The notes under the pieces were generated by a model. It was not told where the DNA came from. It made no database searches and was given only the letters and a program-made list of their open reading frames with translations. The position numbers were made by a program, and so were the translations under genes. A DNA stretch of 63,928 bases, filler included, from Octopus bimaculoides (Eukaryota): assembly GCF_001194135.2 (NCBI RefSeq). It is 6 parts of 6 records of this genome, joined end to end, with 100 filler letters (N's around TTAATTAATTAA, not from the genome) between each part and the next. Parts side by side here need not be neighbours in the genome. Positions count along the whole stretch, not along the records: positions 23,823 to 31,113 come from NC_068989.1; positions 31,214 to 38,428 come from NC_068982.1; positions 38,529 to 47,342 come from NC_068999.1; 3 more parts are not named here. One strand, given 5' to 3'. Position 1 is the first letter of the stretch. Every line of letters starts with the position of its first letter. This document shows, in pieces, positions 25,745-38,672 of this stretch.

Positions 25745-26560
25745 CACCATCATCATCATCATCATCGCTTAACGTCCGCCTTCCATGCTAGCATGGGTTG
25801 GACGATTTGACTGAGGACTGGCGAACCAGATGGCTACACCAGGCTCCAATCTGATTTGGCAGAGTTTCTACAGCTGGATGCCCTTCCTAACGCCAACCAC
25901 TCCGAGAGTGTAGTGGGTGCTTTTACCTGCACAGGAGCCAGTCCAGTGGCACTGGCAACGATCTCGCTCGTATGTTTTTTCACGTGCCACCGGCACAAGT
26001 GCTAGTAAAGCGACGCTGGTAACGATCACGCTCAAATGGTGCTATTTACGTGCCACTGGCACGAAAGCCAGACAGCTGCTCTGGCAATGGTCACGCTCGG
26101 ACGGTGCTCTTAGCGCTCCACTGGTGCAGTTGCCCCAACAGGTCTCCGCAAGCCGAGTTTCGTGTCCAATGAAGGAGAGGTTGGTATGGGTGCCAGTCGT
26201 CGAATTTGGTTCGATTTCGATTTCACTTGCCTCAACAGGTCTTCGCAAACAGAGTTTAGTGTCCAATGAAGGAAAGGTACGCATAAGTGGGCTGGCTACA
26301 CGCTTGGCAGAGGCCTCGGATTATGGTCTCACTTGGTTTTCCGGGTCTTCTCACGCACAGCATATTTCCAAAACAAATAGTGAGGTATTATCAATCGGGG
26401 CAAAATACTTCAGAAGCTCTCTGTTGGCACATCAGGCCTACAGTATTTCTTAGATTAGTGAAGAACTCCGGGTTATCTTGTGGCAGGGTCCAAGGTTATG
26501 GTTCATCACAATTCTACATTGTCAATCCATGGATGGGCTCCAGGTAAACTGGTTTAACAC
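25745..26560 (-). mobile_element. 3' region of an RTE-type LINE-derived repeat with a (CAT)n/(ATG)n tail
   Basis: catcatcatcgcttaacgtccgccttccatgctagcatgggttggacg...ggatgcccttcctaacgccaacc, with internal gtgccaccggcac repeats. Family assignment is inferred. Confidence 0.6.
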
Positions 26561-26609
26561 AGATTGCTATATAAGAAACTAGTTAAAAATAATGGTATTC
26601 TTTTATTCT

Positions 26610-26785
26610 TTTACTTGTTTCAGTCATTTGACTGCGGCCATGCTGAAGCACCACCTTTAGTCGAGCAAATAAGCCTAGTACTTATTCTATCGGGGTCTTT
26701 TGCCGAACTGCTAAGCTACGGGGACGTAAACACACCAGCATGGCTTGTCAAGCGATGGTGGGGGGACAGACATAAACACACAAAC
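26610..26785 (+). mobile_element. SINE family C (ttacttgtttcagtcatttgactgcggccatgc)
   Basis: Partial second copy at ~52543-52650. Strand assignment is tentative. Confidence 0.65.
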
Positions 26786-27019
26786 ATCATCATCATCTAT
26801 ATACGACGGGCTTCTTTCAGTTTCCATCTACCAAATCCACTCACAAGGCTTTGGTCGACCCAATGCTATAAACGTGAAAATATACATGTTTTTATGTAAA
26901 CTTTATTTTTGTTAATATTGTTATTCTAAATTTATTATGCATGTCATATCATTGTTGTACTTTGACCATTTTCGACCTGCATTTTAATACCTTCGTATAA
27001 AGAACACGTTACATAATTC

Positions 27020-28830
27020 CAGTAGAGAAAAGGCGAGAGGTTTTTACTCTGAATGTTGCATCCTTAAAGAACATTAGAGAGTAGAGTATTTTGTAATTGA
27101 CAAAACAAAATGTATTGTGTGTGATCTACAATTACACTTTGAGACCCCCTTCGGTCATGACTGACCATGGGATTGCATCTAACAAGTTCCCCTCCCAGGC
27201 ACAAGTCCGGGCAAGGTTGTTTATGGAAGACCAGCAGTCGCCCATGCATACCGACCTCCCCTCTCCACGCCACCAGTGTTATCCACGGGAAAGGCAAAGG
27301 GGCCGATACAGCTTGGCACCTGTGACGTCGCAACACATTCCTACAGCTGAGTGAAGTGGAGCAACGTGAAATAAAGTGTCTTGCTCAAGAGCACAACACG
27401 CAGCCCGGTCCGAGATTCGAACTCACAACCTCATGATTGTAAGCTCGACACTCTAACCACTGAGGCATGCGCCTTCACACAATTACACTATTGCAGTGCT
27501 AAAGAAAAATGAGCAGGTATTACCAAACAAAGCATATATCTTACTATTTTCATGTAAAAGGAAATCTAGGTAGCCAGAAATATGAAGACTTGAAATGGAA
27601 TAGTTTGTCCCAACAATATTCAAGCTAGTTTGAGAGTGACTTATTTGTTTGTTAAGAAAAGAAAACCGTTTGCTGGCGGTAAAGTATTTAAATCTTGTGT
27701 AATGTGAATAGTGGAAGAAATATGTTCAGAAAAAATAAATTTATTCAGTTATATCATTGTGTAAAAACCTGTAACTTAGTGACTTAAAACATAGAAGATA
27801 TCATACTTTGCAAATTAAACAATAAACTACAAGATTTCCGAGAGGTTTTTTCTCAACGTCTTCATGAATCAACAAATGTGTCAGACAATTTAGCATTGCA
27901 ATTGTTCATCCGGGGAATTAATGCTAACTTTGAAGTGATAAAAGAACTATCTTCTGCGAGAAATATGCATGGAACAACAATTACTGAAGACATTTTCAAA
28001 GTGCTAGAAAAAACATTGACGAAGTACAATCTAGTTTGGAAATGTCTAACGGATACCACAACAGATGGTATAGAAAAAAATTGTATGAGGCGTAGAAAAG
28101 CGTTTCATTGGACAAGACTACGAACCACGTGAGAGTTTTGGGTGTACAAAATCTCTAGTGTTTCGTCATCATTCATTGATAGGGGCTTTGCCGAAAACAC
28201 TTAAATCTGTCGTGTCACCCATCGCATGCACTCAACCATTGTCAGTTTCGATTATTTTTGGAAGAAATGGAAGCTGAATATAGTGATGCGTCATACCATT
28301 TTGCTGTAAGATGACTTAAAGATATGAGAAAAATCGTGCTTAGTAGCTATTTGCAACTACCAATGAATGTTGTTGAAACTGACACTCTCAACAAAGGAAT
28401 AAAATAAATGAATTCTTTGTCCTTTCAAATTTGTCCAAAACATCTCGCTAATATGACGCTACAGTTTCAACAACCTTTTTCCAAACCTTGATGGAAACAG
28501 AAATATTAAAAATCCTTCATAATTAACTGCATCAACGAATCACTGTTACTGGATCTTCCACTGAAAGTTAACTTACAGTTAAATGACACATTAAAAGAGA
28601 AGTGCAAAAAGGAAAACCGGATTAATCTTTATTCATGGTTTTATTTCCTTAAAATCCTTTACTCGAGAGTGTGCGACATCATTTGTCATATATCCTATTT
28701 ATTTGAAAAACCATTTCCAAAGAGGAAGTAAACCCGTTTATAGGTCAGTGATAACTGATCGAAATTTGCAGATAATTTTGACTGCAAAAACCAAAATTTG
28801 ACAATAATTTGTCTCCTTAAAAAAGAAATT
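27020..28830 (+). mobile_element. hAT (SPIN/Buster/GTF2IRD2-like) transposase pseudogene, split by a SINE
   Basis: BED-finger-like EYFFV..KCIVC..|..TIAVLKK is rejoined when the SINE is removed. Further on: LHESTNVSDNLALQLFIRGINANFEVIKELSSARNMHGTTITEDIFKVLEKTLTKYNLVWKCLTDTTTDG, like DESTDVSD..QL.IFIRGV...GTTTGEDIF...TTDGA. Confidence 0.85.
27139..27478 (-). mobile_element. Full-length tRNA-headed SINE with an 11-bp target-site duplication
   Basis: TSD acaattacact at 27128-27138 and 27479-27489. The minus-strand head has an A-box-like tgcctcagtgg and a B-box gttcgaatc. Confidence 0.9.
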
Positions 28831-28849
28831 AATCGCTCTCATCGATTGA

Positions 28850-29050
28850 TTGCGCACAAATGCCTGAATGTATTAGCAGCCATATTTCACTCAAATCACA
28901 TACCACCGCCTTTAGAAAGAAATAAAGGAAAGCACATACGGGATGTTGTAGTTTCAGACGAAGTATGTTTGAAGTGACAGGATGGCCATTACTGGAACGC
29001 CTTTCATGACAGATCTGCTTGATCAAGACTGACCTGGAGCTAAAACACCA
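28850..29050. mobile_element. Probable dispersed short repeat (SINE-like)
   Basis: gcagccatatttcactcaaatcac...gacaggatggcc..ctggaacgcc..gatcaagactgacctggagctaaa is recognised by eye only; single copy in the window. Confidence 0.4.
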
Positions 29051-29174
29051 ACAGCAATGAGGACGATCTAATGTAGGCTGAGACATACTCCTAAAACACA
29101 TCATACAAAGTTGATGTGAAGGATAAACGGCAACAGCAGCAATAATAATGAAAGGTGTGAGCTTTTATTTGTAG

Positions 29175-29238
29175 CCATTGGTGTTAAATATATCTCCACC
29201 TGCAGACGCTGGCGACACAACTCGGTGGTTTTCAAACG
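29175..29238 (+). CDS. Weak candidate internal exon (or 29206-29238)
   Basis: cttttatttgtag|...AACG|gtgagt reads PLVLNISPPADAGDTTRWFSN and ends in phase 1, compatible with 50212. Caveat: the 3' end cggtggttttcaaac resembles a hAT TIR, so it may be a MITE end. Confidence 0.2.
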
Positions 29239-29809
29239 GTGAGTCTTTTACAATTTAGGTGTGTTGTGGATGTTATAAAAATGTAAGTTATATTATGCTG
29301 GAACGTTTCGAAAAAATTGCTCTATTTTTCTGATTTTGTTATGCAGGAATAAATAGATAAGTAATAGTTACGTATAAGAATGCACGTATGTATGATTTTT
29401 CAGTTTAGAATATATTTAAAATTTTCCATGCGTCGTGAGTCAGTATTTTTTTAATTGGCTTCACGTGGTTATTGTTGGTCTATGCAGAATAATCGAGTAC
29501 ATAAAACCACACCTTTGTCATTGTTGATTTATAGCCACTATAAATTATGCTTACATAAGCTGTTTTGATATAATTGGTCCGATCTTAGATAATTGGTCTC
29601 ATAAGGCATTGTTCGTTTTACCTGGTGATCATAATTGCATGCGCGGTATTGGTGTGCGTAAAATTGATTGAAACGAATGTCTTAATGTCATACAATTTTC
29701 ACAACCCTCCAACAATGAAGACACTTTCTGTAATATCCACCAACTTTGTAACTCTGTAAAATCAGCACAATCCGTATTAATATGTGCTTTTCAGAGAGAT
29801 TACTATACT

Positions 29810-30460
29810 TACACTAATTAATCGTCATTCGTTGTGATCCGTTCACATCTCCTTAATAAAATCTAACACCTTAAGACCAATTTCCACCATTTCTTCCCAT
29901 GTCTTCCTCGATCTTCTCTTCGGCATGGTCCTTCCACTCGGTGGAAGTCTTTTTTTTTAAATTTATTTTATTTGTATTTTAATTTTTTTAAAACAAAATT
30001 TACATCCTCCATTCACACAGTTTGGTCATACCAGTATACTTTTCTCTTGTATGTTCCATCTTATTCCTTTTGTACCCAGGTCTTTTCACAGCTTATTTGT
30101 GCTTATGCGCACATTGGAACATTACACATCAACGTTACACCTTCAGTGAAACATACTTGCTTCATTTCTTTTACAACATCCGCTCATCTTCGGTTGCCTG
30201 TTCTCATGTTTCGCTACCATGTAACAACCCACTTCATTCCCTCAAAGAGAAGTATTTCTCGTTTCCTCTGCTGGCAACAAGAAAATCCCCTCTCTCTCAT
30301 GCTTGCCAGCCGTTCCCATCTGGCTACCACTGTACCATGTCCAGCACTAACATGGTGAGTGTTATTCCTGTATACGCAATTAGGGTTTTTCATTGCATTT
30401 ACAACTCGTGATTTTGTCACAGTTTCATTGGTTAGATGCTGATTCTTTTACCAAATGTGA
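29810..30460 (-). mobile_element. RTE-clade LINE ORF2 C-terminal relic
   Basis: Minus strand has remnants of ETW.....RNEASML, CNV, WYG/DH.. and gtggaaggaccatgccgaagagaagatcgaggaagacatggg (like VEG.C.RGR.RKTW). Confidence 0.6.
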
Positions 30461-30519
30461 ATCCATTTTGGTAGGCAACCAAATTGGAAGCATTTTATCG
30501 TAACATCAGTTCTAAAAGT

Positions 30520-30720
30520 GAAGGTGCGTGGCCTTGTGTGTAGAGTGTCGCACTCACTGTCAACAAGACCGTGCTTTCGATTCTCGGAATGCATGGTTGT
30601 TGTGTACTTGAACAAACTCTTTATTCCAGTTCATTTCAGAATAAAACACTTCATTTCCAGTCCACTCAGATGTAAATGAATAAACCTGCAGCAAACCGGA
30701 ATCCCACTTTGGGCTGCGTG
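30520..30720 (+). mobile_element. tRNA-headed SINE, diverged
   Basis: aaggtgcgtggccttgtgtgttagagtgtcgcactc...ttcgattc...cagtccactcagatgtaaatga. Confidence 0.55.
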
Positions 30721-31714
30721 CCGTGAATTCAGTTATTTAGATATCATGAAAATCAGGTAACCAGCTCTATGAGTTCTAGAACTAGGGACAATACTGTGCT
30801 GATGAACGAAATCTAGATTCATTCTAGTAATCGCGAAATCGGCCGATACACAGTTAAGTTTATTTAAAAGAAAGTTGGTCGTCTTCTGTTGGTTGTTTTT
30901 CCTCGCATTAGGTACTAAATGTGGTTATTTTGAGAAGTCCACTGTGTGGCGTTATTATTTTCTGTAATAATGCCCTTTATATAAATATAAACGAATAATT
31001 ATATTCTTGGGAATAGAAATTTCCCTTATGAATTTCTTTACACACTGGCTTCTTGATAAAATTCTTGTAAAAGAGTTTTATCCCTTTTTGAATTTATTTA
31101 TCAAATGTATATANNNNNNNNNNNNNNNNNNNNNNNNNNNNNNNNNNNNNNNNNNNNTTAATTAATTAANNNNNNNNNNNNNNNNNNNNNNNNNNNNNNN
31201 NNNNNNNNNNNNNACAGTGGTTTTGTTAGCAAGGACATTTGTGTCCTTGTTGTTGCTGTTGTTGTTGCTGTTATTGTTGTTGTTGTTGTTGTTTTCCCCG
31301 GTGACGGTGGCAGGCAAGACTGCTGTAGCAGCAGAGTTTTTACACGTGATGGTGGTTGAGGCAGCAGCAGTAGATTCAGAATCATTGCTTTTCTCCACCA
31401 CCTGTCTGTGTTCATGCGGAACGGCATTAAGTTCTTTCGCCTCTGGCATTAGGGGCGGGAAATCGGCCTCGTTGTATACCTTAGCCATATTCGTTTTACA
31501 GAATATGGCTAGGATCGAGGAAGATGTTTTTGAATTTTTGGAAATAAGGCTCTAAATAGAGCTATTTCCGATTTGAAAAATATATGTTCACGAAGTATTT
31601 TGTGTTATACACAACTTATACAAAAATTAAAAAAACAAAATAGGTCTTTTAAGAGGTGAAAAATACAACTTACATGGGAGCCGATTTGTCTAGAGTCCGT
31701 CCAAGTGGAGATAC

Positions 31715-31780
<66 letters not shown>

Positions 31781-31944
31781 TGATTGATTGATTGATTGAT
31801 AGATAGATATATGTGTTACACAAATAGGAGTCGTATACATATATATTTCATATATTTACAGCTCCCATATCCTCCATAAACATGATGTGTTCATATAGAA
31901 AAATATACCAGTAGAAGTTCTCTTATAAATAATATCATAGAGAC

Positions 31945-32125
31945 ATTGGTTTCAAATTTGGCACAAGGCCAGCAATTTTAGTGGTATCTCAATGCTCAAC
32001 TGGAACATATTTTATCGACCACCAATGGATGACTGGCAATGTCGACCTCAGTGGTATTTGAACTCAGAAACTAAAACGGACAAAATGCTTCTAAGCATTT
32101 TGCCCAGAGTACTATCGATTCTGCT
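31945..32125 (-). mobile_element. SINE family A
   Basis: tttcaaatttggcacaaggccagcaattt...ggtatttgaactcagaa...aaatgcttctaagcattttgccc. Confidence 0.75.
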
Positions 32126-32689
32126 ACCTCACTGCAATAGGGTCATACAGATATTTGGTTATATACAAATATGCACCGAAAGTGAGTTGTGAATAAGCAG
32201 AAAAATATATGGCTATATGATACCGATAACAGCTGAAAGCATAAACGGAAATGTCATGTTTTAACATGTCCAGAGAATTACTTATATAAACTTACATACA
32301 TATGTATATTTGAATCAACTAAGAGGGAGAAGAAAGAGAGAGCATTTTCTGTATGCATATGTGTGTATGTGTATGTGTGTGTGTACATATATATGTATAT
32401 GTGTATATATANNNNNNNNNNNNNNNNNNNNNNNNNNNNNNNNNNNNNNNNNNNNNNNNNNNNNNNNNNNNNNNNNNNNNNNNNNNNNNNNNNNNNNNNN
32501 NNNNNNNNNNNCGTTTTGAAAGTATTCTTTCTGAAGAAAAATATATTGGAACGATTGAGCGAGATAGCGATGGATGTTAACCCTAAATAAACCATTAAAA
32601 CGAAATTCTACTTCTGTATAGCTCTTTTGAATCAAGTTCCTCGAACTTGTACTTTTTGATAGTAAATTCTAAGTCACAGTCTTAGTTTA

Positions 32690-32862
32690 ACAGTGGTTTC
32701 AAATTTTGGCACAAGGCCAGCAATTTCGGTGCAGGTATTAAGACGATTGCAACGAACCCAGCGGTCAATTTCGACGGAATTTGATCTCAGAACATAAAGA
32801 CAGACGAAATGCTCTAAGACTTTTCCCGACATGCTAACGATTCTGCCAGCTCGTCGCCTAAG
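32690..32862 (-). mobile_element. SINE family A
   Basis: ggcacaaggccagcaatttc...ggaatttgatctcagaacataaagacagacgaaat...gctaacgattctgccagctcg. Confidence 0.85.
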
Positions 32863-33222
32863 TTTTAGTCGAATATTGATATGGTAAGTTGAAATTATAT
32901 TTTCAGTTTTCAGGATGGTTGATTGAATATATAAGAAACTTTGATTTCATCTGAGAACATACAGAGGCAAAGTTCGGGTGTGTCGGGTACAAGTTGAAAT
33001 CTATCGAAGGCTACCTTTGTGTATAACATAGAACTCATCGTGTATGTCTTTCTTCGCGTTTGCACTTCAGTTTACAAATATTCATTTCGCTATAAAATTT
33101 TATATATACTGAAAAGATATCTTGTGAGTGGTTTAAGGTAAACCAGTGCTTCGAAAATATTCTTTGGAATAAAATATTTCGCAGGATAAAGAAAGGTAAA
33201 TGAGTAATATGAATATACGGTG

Positions 33223-33254
<32 letters not shown>

Positions 33255-33591
33255 CGGTTTAGATATAGATTCAAGGCTTGAATATGGTACTTATGCGAAG
33301 GCACCCGAATATCACATCCCAAAAGGATGGGTGATTAAAATCAAATAATAAGCAACACGGATTTCAAAAGTGATTGCAGTACACACGTTTCATGCTACTT
33401 CAATTTATTTAAGTAATGTGAGCATTACCTTAAATGCAATATGAAGAGCAATCTTCAGCTGCACGAAAAAATGTAGAAAAAAAGACATATTACAAATGTG
33501 GCAACATATTAAAACCAAGTGGGAGAGAGCAGAGGAAGAATATATAAGTCCATCTTGACATAGCAGGGTCTATCAGGCTATATATATCAGG

Positions 33592-33629
<38 letters not shown>

Positions 33630-34203
33630 TATTATTATTTTTATAATAGCCTTTATGTAATTAGACCTAATTTTTTGTTCCCTTAAAAATTCATATTAGC
33701 TTATATATAACAACACCGGTAACTTCACAACTTATAATATACCTCTTAGATTATAATTAATATATCGCTAGCATGTCCTATCGCCCCAGTATTCTTTTAG
33801 TAAATGCCAGTGATCAGTCTTTATAGATACCTCCTAATAGGTAAATAACTAAGTATATGATTGAATATTAAACTAATTCTATGTAATTTTTTCTCTCTCT
33901 CTCTCTCTCTTTATTGTTGAAAATTTTGGTATATATTCAAAATTATTCAAAATTTATCCTTTTGGTTATAATATTTTTCTTGATAACACAAAATTTTATC
34001 TTTATGCAATATAACAATATTGTTTAAATCAAACTCCTATAGTACCCCATGATAAAATTTTCTCTGTATTATCATCAGTGATTTTAATTAGGGTTTGCTC
34101 CTTTAACTAGTAATTAACATCTTGATTTATGGTCTTCTTTAACCAAACCTTATTATAGCCAGTTACTTTATACTACTTCAGAATAATCTTGACAAGTTTT
34201 ATG

Positions 34204-34270
34204 ACTATACTCACTATGATTCTGCCACTATACCCACTATGATTCTGCCACTATACCCACTATGATTCTC
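34204..34270. repeat. 23-bp tandem repeat, about 2.5 units
   Basis: cactatgattctgccactatacc at 34212 and 34235, partial unit at 34258. Confidence 0.9.
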
Positions 34271-36224
34271 CCTCATGTCCTTTCCTAACAGACACTGCTC
34301 TCTAGTCTTAGATTTTGATATACAAAATATTCGATAAACAAGACTATAAATTAAAACAGACCAAAAACTCAGTGACAAGCTCGGACCCTAACAAGTTTTT
34401 TTTTCTCTGATGTCTTAGAAACTTCTAAGCTGAAGTGAAAACAGCATGGACTTTGTCTTCTTATGTATGTATGTATGTATGTATGTATGTATGTATTTTT
34501 GTCGACCTGGAATTGACGACGAAACCAAGTAGTCCTATTGTATAGCAACCTAGAAATAATAATTGTCTATAAAAGGTAGATAGGTAGACTAAGATAGCTT
34601 TACATTTCTGTAATAGAATGAACATAGTAGATATACACCAGGAGAAATATACACGAAATCCTTGATAGCATAAATTAAGTTCATCTATGAAAGTTATTCA
34701 ATCGCTGAGAGTTCAAAGCGACCCATCAGATCTTTGATTCTATGGTTGTGTGTCTTGGCACTTCGCCTTTTGACTGTACGATGTCGATAATATAAGCATC
34801 ATACAAAGTACCAGGACCGACATAATCGACGAACAACTTTGAATGCAAGAAAATGTTGGGTTTTCTCAAAGCTTACTCGTTAGATAGAATATCTACTACT
34901 TATATCAAGCATTAGTGTCTTATTAAATGAAAAGGAACTTATCTCGTGTTATCCTCGGTATATTACTATGAATAACATAAAAGGAGATGGTTACTGGTGT
35001 TGGTTTTTGATCATCGGTCTCCGTATATCCAATGGAACTAAACAACAACAACCCAACTTCAAATTGTCGATACTTAATCACTAAAATATAAACAAAGCTT
35101 AAAGAATAAAGTAATAATGGAATATACAGTGTATGGAACACAACTTTATCCAATGAGATGTGACAAAATTCTTGTCTGTGTGTAAGCTTGTGGTGAGGTA
35201 TCTGTTCATATTAATTTAACAGTTGTCTTTACTTTCAGGTGTGGAAATTTGTTACTATCGTTTATACATATATTTACACCCGAATTATAATTAGAATCCG
35301 AGAAATAGAATGAAGTCGCATAAATACATATAACCCGGATAAATTTATGCAATAGAAATGGATTTACAGACAATCTCTAACAAAATTCTCGAAGTTTCTT
35401 CCTAAATTGATAATCTGCTGTAGAGTAATAATAATATATTTGACTCTGTGGGGATATAAAACTGCTACACATGAATCTAACAGCTCGATTTAGTGGGTTT
35501 CTTCTGTATTGTATGTAATAGAGAAGACCGCTGATGCAAATGAATTAACAGTGACAGGTTATTACTAGTGACTGCCAAACATTGCAATGTTTGCTGCATG
35601 CATGGAGTATAGGAAGAACAAAATTTATGCGATGTCTTAAAGCAACATTGAGCAATACCAAAAGAGAAATAAAACACTTGTCGTAAAGATGTTACAACAG
35701 TTCCCAGAGCAATCGCTTCAGAAGAAATAATTTCATTAAGGACTTATGTCGTTTTATTACCTCTGCATCTTCCTATAAAGATTGCAGCATTCTCTCTAAA
35801 TTGATATTAAAATAGAATTCTTTTACAGACAATGTCAGTATAGAATCTTGAAATACAATTGGTATATAACACGAAATAGAAATCGTCGTTTTATATTGTA
35901 AGCTACACAGTACCGAAATAAAAGTTTTTCCATTTAAATGCGATACAGATCGATGCGTTAATTTTGTTATTCTGAAATATTATCAGTTATTCTTACATAC
36001 TCTCCTGAACATATACACTTAAGAGAAACCTCATGATGATATTGATATACATTATATATAATATTCGTTCCAGATATGATATATCTTACTCAGATACTTA
36101 GAGCCGGTATGAATATTTATTTTACATACACTGTAAAATGCTATTCAAAAGGTTTTGTAATAATTAAGTTATGTCAAGGTAGTGGTTTTGCAGAATGGAC
36201 TATGTGTGCAACAAAATACTTTGC

Positions 36225-36345
36225 AGTATCTTTTCGGTTGTTTACTTTCTGAATTCAAAACCTGCCGATGTCGACTTTGTCTTTCACCTTCCTGGAGTTG
36301 ATAAAGTACCAGTCAAGTGCAGAGGTGAATATAAACGATTATGCA
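36225..36345 (+). mobile_element. SINE family A fragment
   Basis: tttctgaattcaaaacctgccgatgtcgactttgtctttcacctt...gataaagtaccag. Confidence 0.65.
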
Positions 36346-36674
36346 CATCCCCGTCTAAGATCTGTTTTGCAATCCTACTGAATTTATTCAGATTTGATCT
36401 TCTCAAAGAGTGATAGACGTAGACTGTACAGTGGAATCTTCATATAGTATTATAAGGCATTCTGATATGCATTCCGTAACTAAACTGCTAGGGACTTATT
36501 ACAACACATTACTCACTGTTCTCCCTCAGTGATTAATACTTCTTTAATTTCAAAGTGCAAAATCATTCGTTTAAATAAAATTAACACAACACTGTAACGA
36601 TATGGAACCTAAATTATGTCACATGTAATAAACACTACAGCTTTGCAAATTTTCACACGCACACGCGCGCGCGG

Positions 36675-36708
<34 letters not shown>

Positions 36709-38022
36709 CTACGGTTTGTGCTATGCATTTGACGAAAGATCCACTTAGTGAAACTTCTAAAGTATGATGTAAAAAATGTCTCTCGTCAAAATTGTTAATT
36801 TTCCTGAAATGACATGCACTCTATTTATCAATTAGTCATAGCAGAAACTTAAAATTTTGTAAAATTTTTGGAGTTCCTGTTATTTGTCTTTGACATTCAT
36901 TTCTAAAATAAGAAATACAGTTGGAGAGGAAATCCCAGTTTATTGAAGTTTATAAAGCAATCGTTAGGTGTAGATTCTTGTTAAGAATTTATGGTATGAG
37001 GACACAGACGAATTGAAGTACGGATAAAACACTGGATATTAGTGTTAGTGGTAGAAGTAGTAGCCTGTAACTCAAAGTTCAGAAGGAAGCAATCATTTCT
37101 TAATCAGTGCGTTCGGTAATTTCACACATTACGAACTATGTCTAGAACAATTAATCCGACATACTTTTATCGAATATGATAAAACCTTCTTTTGAATAAA
37201 CTTACAGAAACTGCCTAGAAGAGATCACATGCAATTCATAGATGATTATCCGCCCATAAAACCTGAAGTATTTTCTGAACAAAAACATAGGCATGGGAAA
37301 AATTATCAATACTTTATATGTGTCTGTGGTTGTTACGTTAAATCATAATTGATAGCGGTCTTTGAAATGATTATCAGGAGTTTTTGTGTGGGTTTATGTA
37401 AACATGTTGTGAAATACAAGGTTGTTACGTAGACGTGTGTAGCTTTAGCATTTTGGCTGTGAATATCCACATAAAAAATGCATATTGTATTCAGAGAGGG
37501 AAATAAAACTTACTCTATAGTGAAATTCGAACGCTTTAGATTTGCATATTTGATTTCTAAGTGTCAAGGAAATCATTTTTTAAGATTTAAGAACTAGTTA
37601 TTATCTGCATGTGATACACGATATANNNNNNNNNNNNNNNNNNNNNNNNNNNNNNNNNNNNNNNNNNNNNNNNNNNNNNNNNNNNNNNNNNNNNNNNNNN
37701 NNNNNNNNNNNNNNNNNNNNNNNNNNNNNNNNNNNNNNNNNNNNNNNNNNNNNNNNNNNNNNNNNNNNNNNNNNNNNNNNNNNNNNNNNNNNNNNNNNNN
37801 NNNNNNNNNNNNNNNNNNNNNNNNNNNNNNNNNNNNNNNNNNNNNNNNNNNNNNNNNNNNNNNNNNNNNNNNNNNNNNNNNNNNNNNNNNNNNNNNNNNN
37901 NNNNNNNNNNNNNNNNNNNNNNNNNNNNNNNNNNNNNNNNNNNNNNNNNNNNNNNNNNNNNNTATTATATATATATGTGTATGTGTGTGTGTGTATGTAT
38001 GTATGTATAGATAAAAAAATAG

Positions 38023-38254
38023 ATGGAGTTAAACGCAGGTGTTATTCAAATCTTTATACTTCCGACATATGTTTCGAAGAAAGCATTGGTATTTTTCCAG
38101 AGGGAAAAAAATGATGTAAAGCAATGTGATGTTCTCATCAGGGGCAAAAGTGAAAGAAAACTCATCAATTAGCCATTTTAACCGAATGTGATGATTGCGT
38201 GTATGATGACGTCGGAAGTATAAAGATTTGAATAACACCTACGTTTAACTCCAT
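38023..38254. repeat. 44-bp inverted repeat (43/44 identical) around a 144-bp spacer
   Basis: 38023-38066 is the reverse complement of 38211-38254 apart from one C/T difference. Confidence 0.95.
38060..38145 (-). ncRNA. Candidate type I hammerhead ribozyme with an enlarged stem II
   Basis: CUGAUGA (38141-38135); G10.1-C11.1 plus two A-U pairs; GAAA (38075-38072); palindromic ACAUAUGU stem III; GUC triplet (38066-38064). Stem I is weak. Confidence 0.5.
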
Positions 38255-38529
38255 TTCTTTATTTACCAGTTATACAAAAACATTTCACTAAACCCTGGAA
38301 TTTCTACCTTTATAAGTAGGGTGTAACATCCATGGTGCTTATGGGAAATTTTTGCTACCCTGACAACTATTTATTTTATCCGTGTTATTTGTATACATTG
38401 AAAAAATACACATACATTTATTTATATANNNNNNNNNNNNNNNNNNNNNNNNNNNNNNNNNNNNNNNNNNNNTTAATTAATTAANNNNNNNNNNNNNNNN
38501 NNNNNNNNNNNNNNNNNNNNNNNNNNNNT

Positions 38530-38545
38530 AATAATAATAATAATG

Positions 38546-38588
<43 letters not shown>

Positions 38589-38590
38589 TA

Positions 38591-38664
<74 letters not shown>

Positions 38665-38672
38665 CATAATAA
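38530..38672. repeat. (AAT)n microsatellite
   Basis: Directly visible. Confidence 0.95.

Noticed and set aside
34923-35153. Minus ORF resembling a membrane protein
   Set aside because: No motif and a weak donor; hydrophobicity is explained by T-richness.
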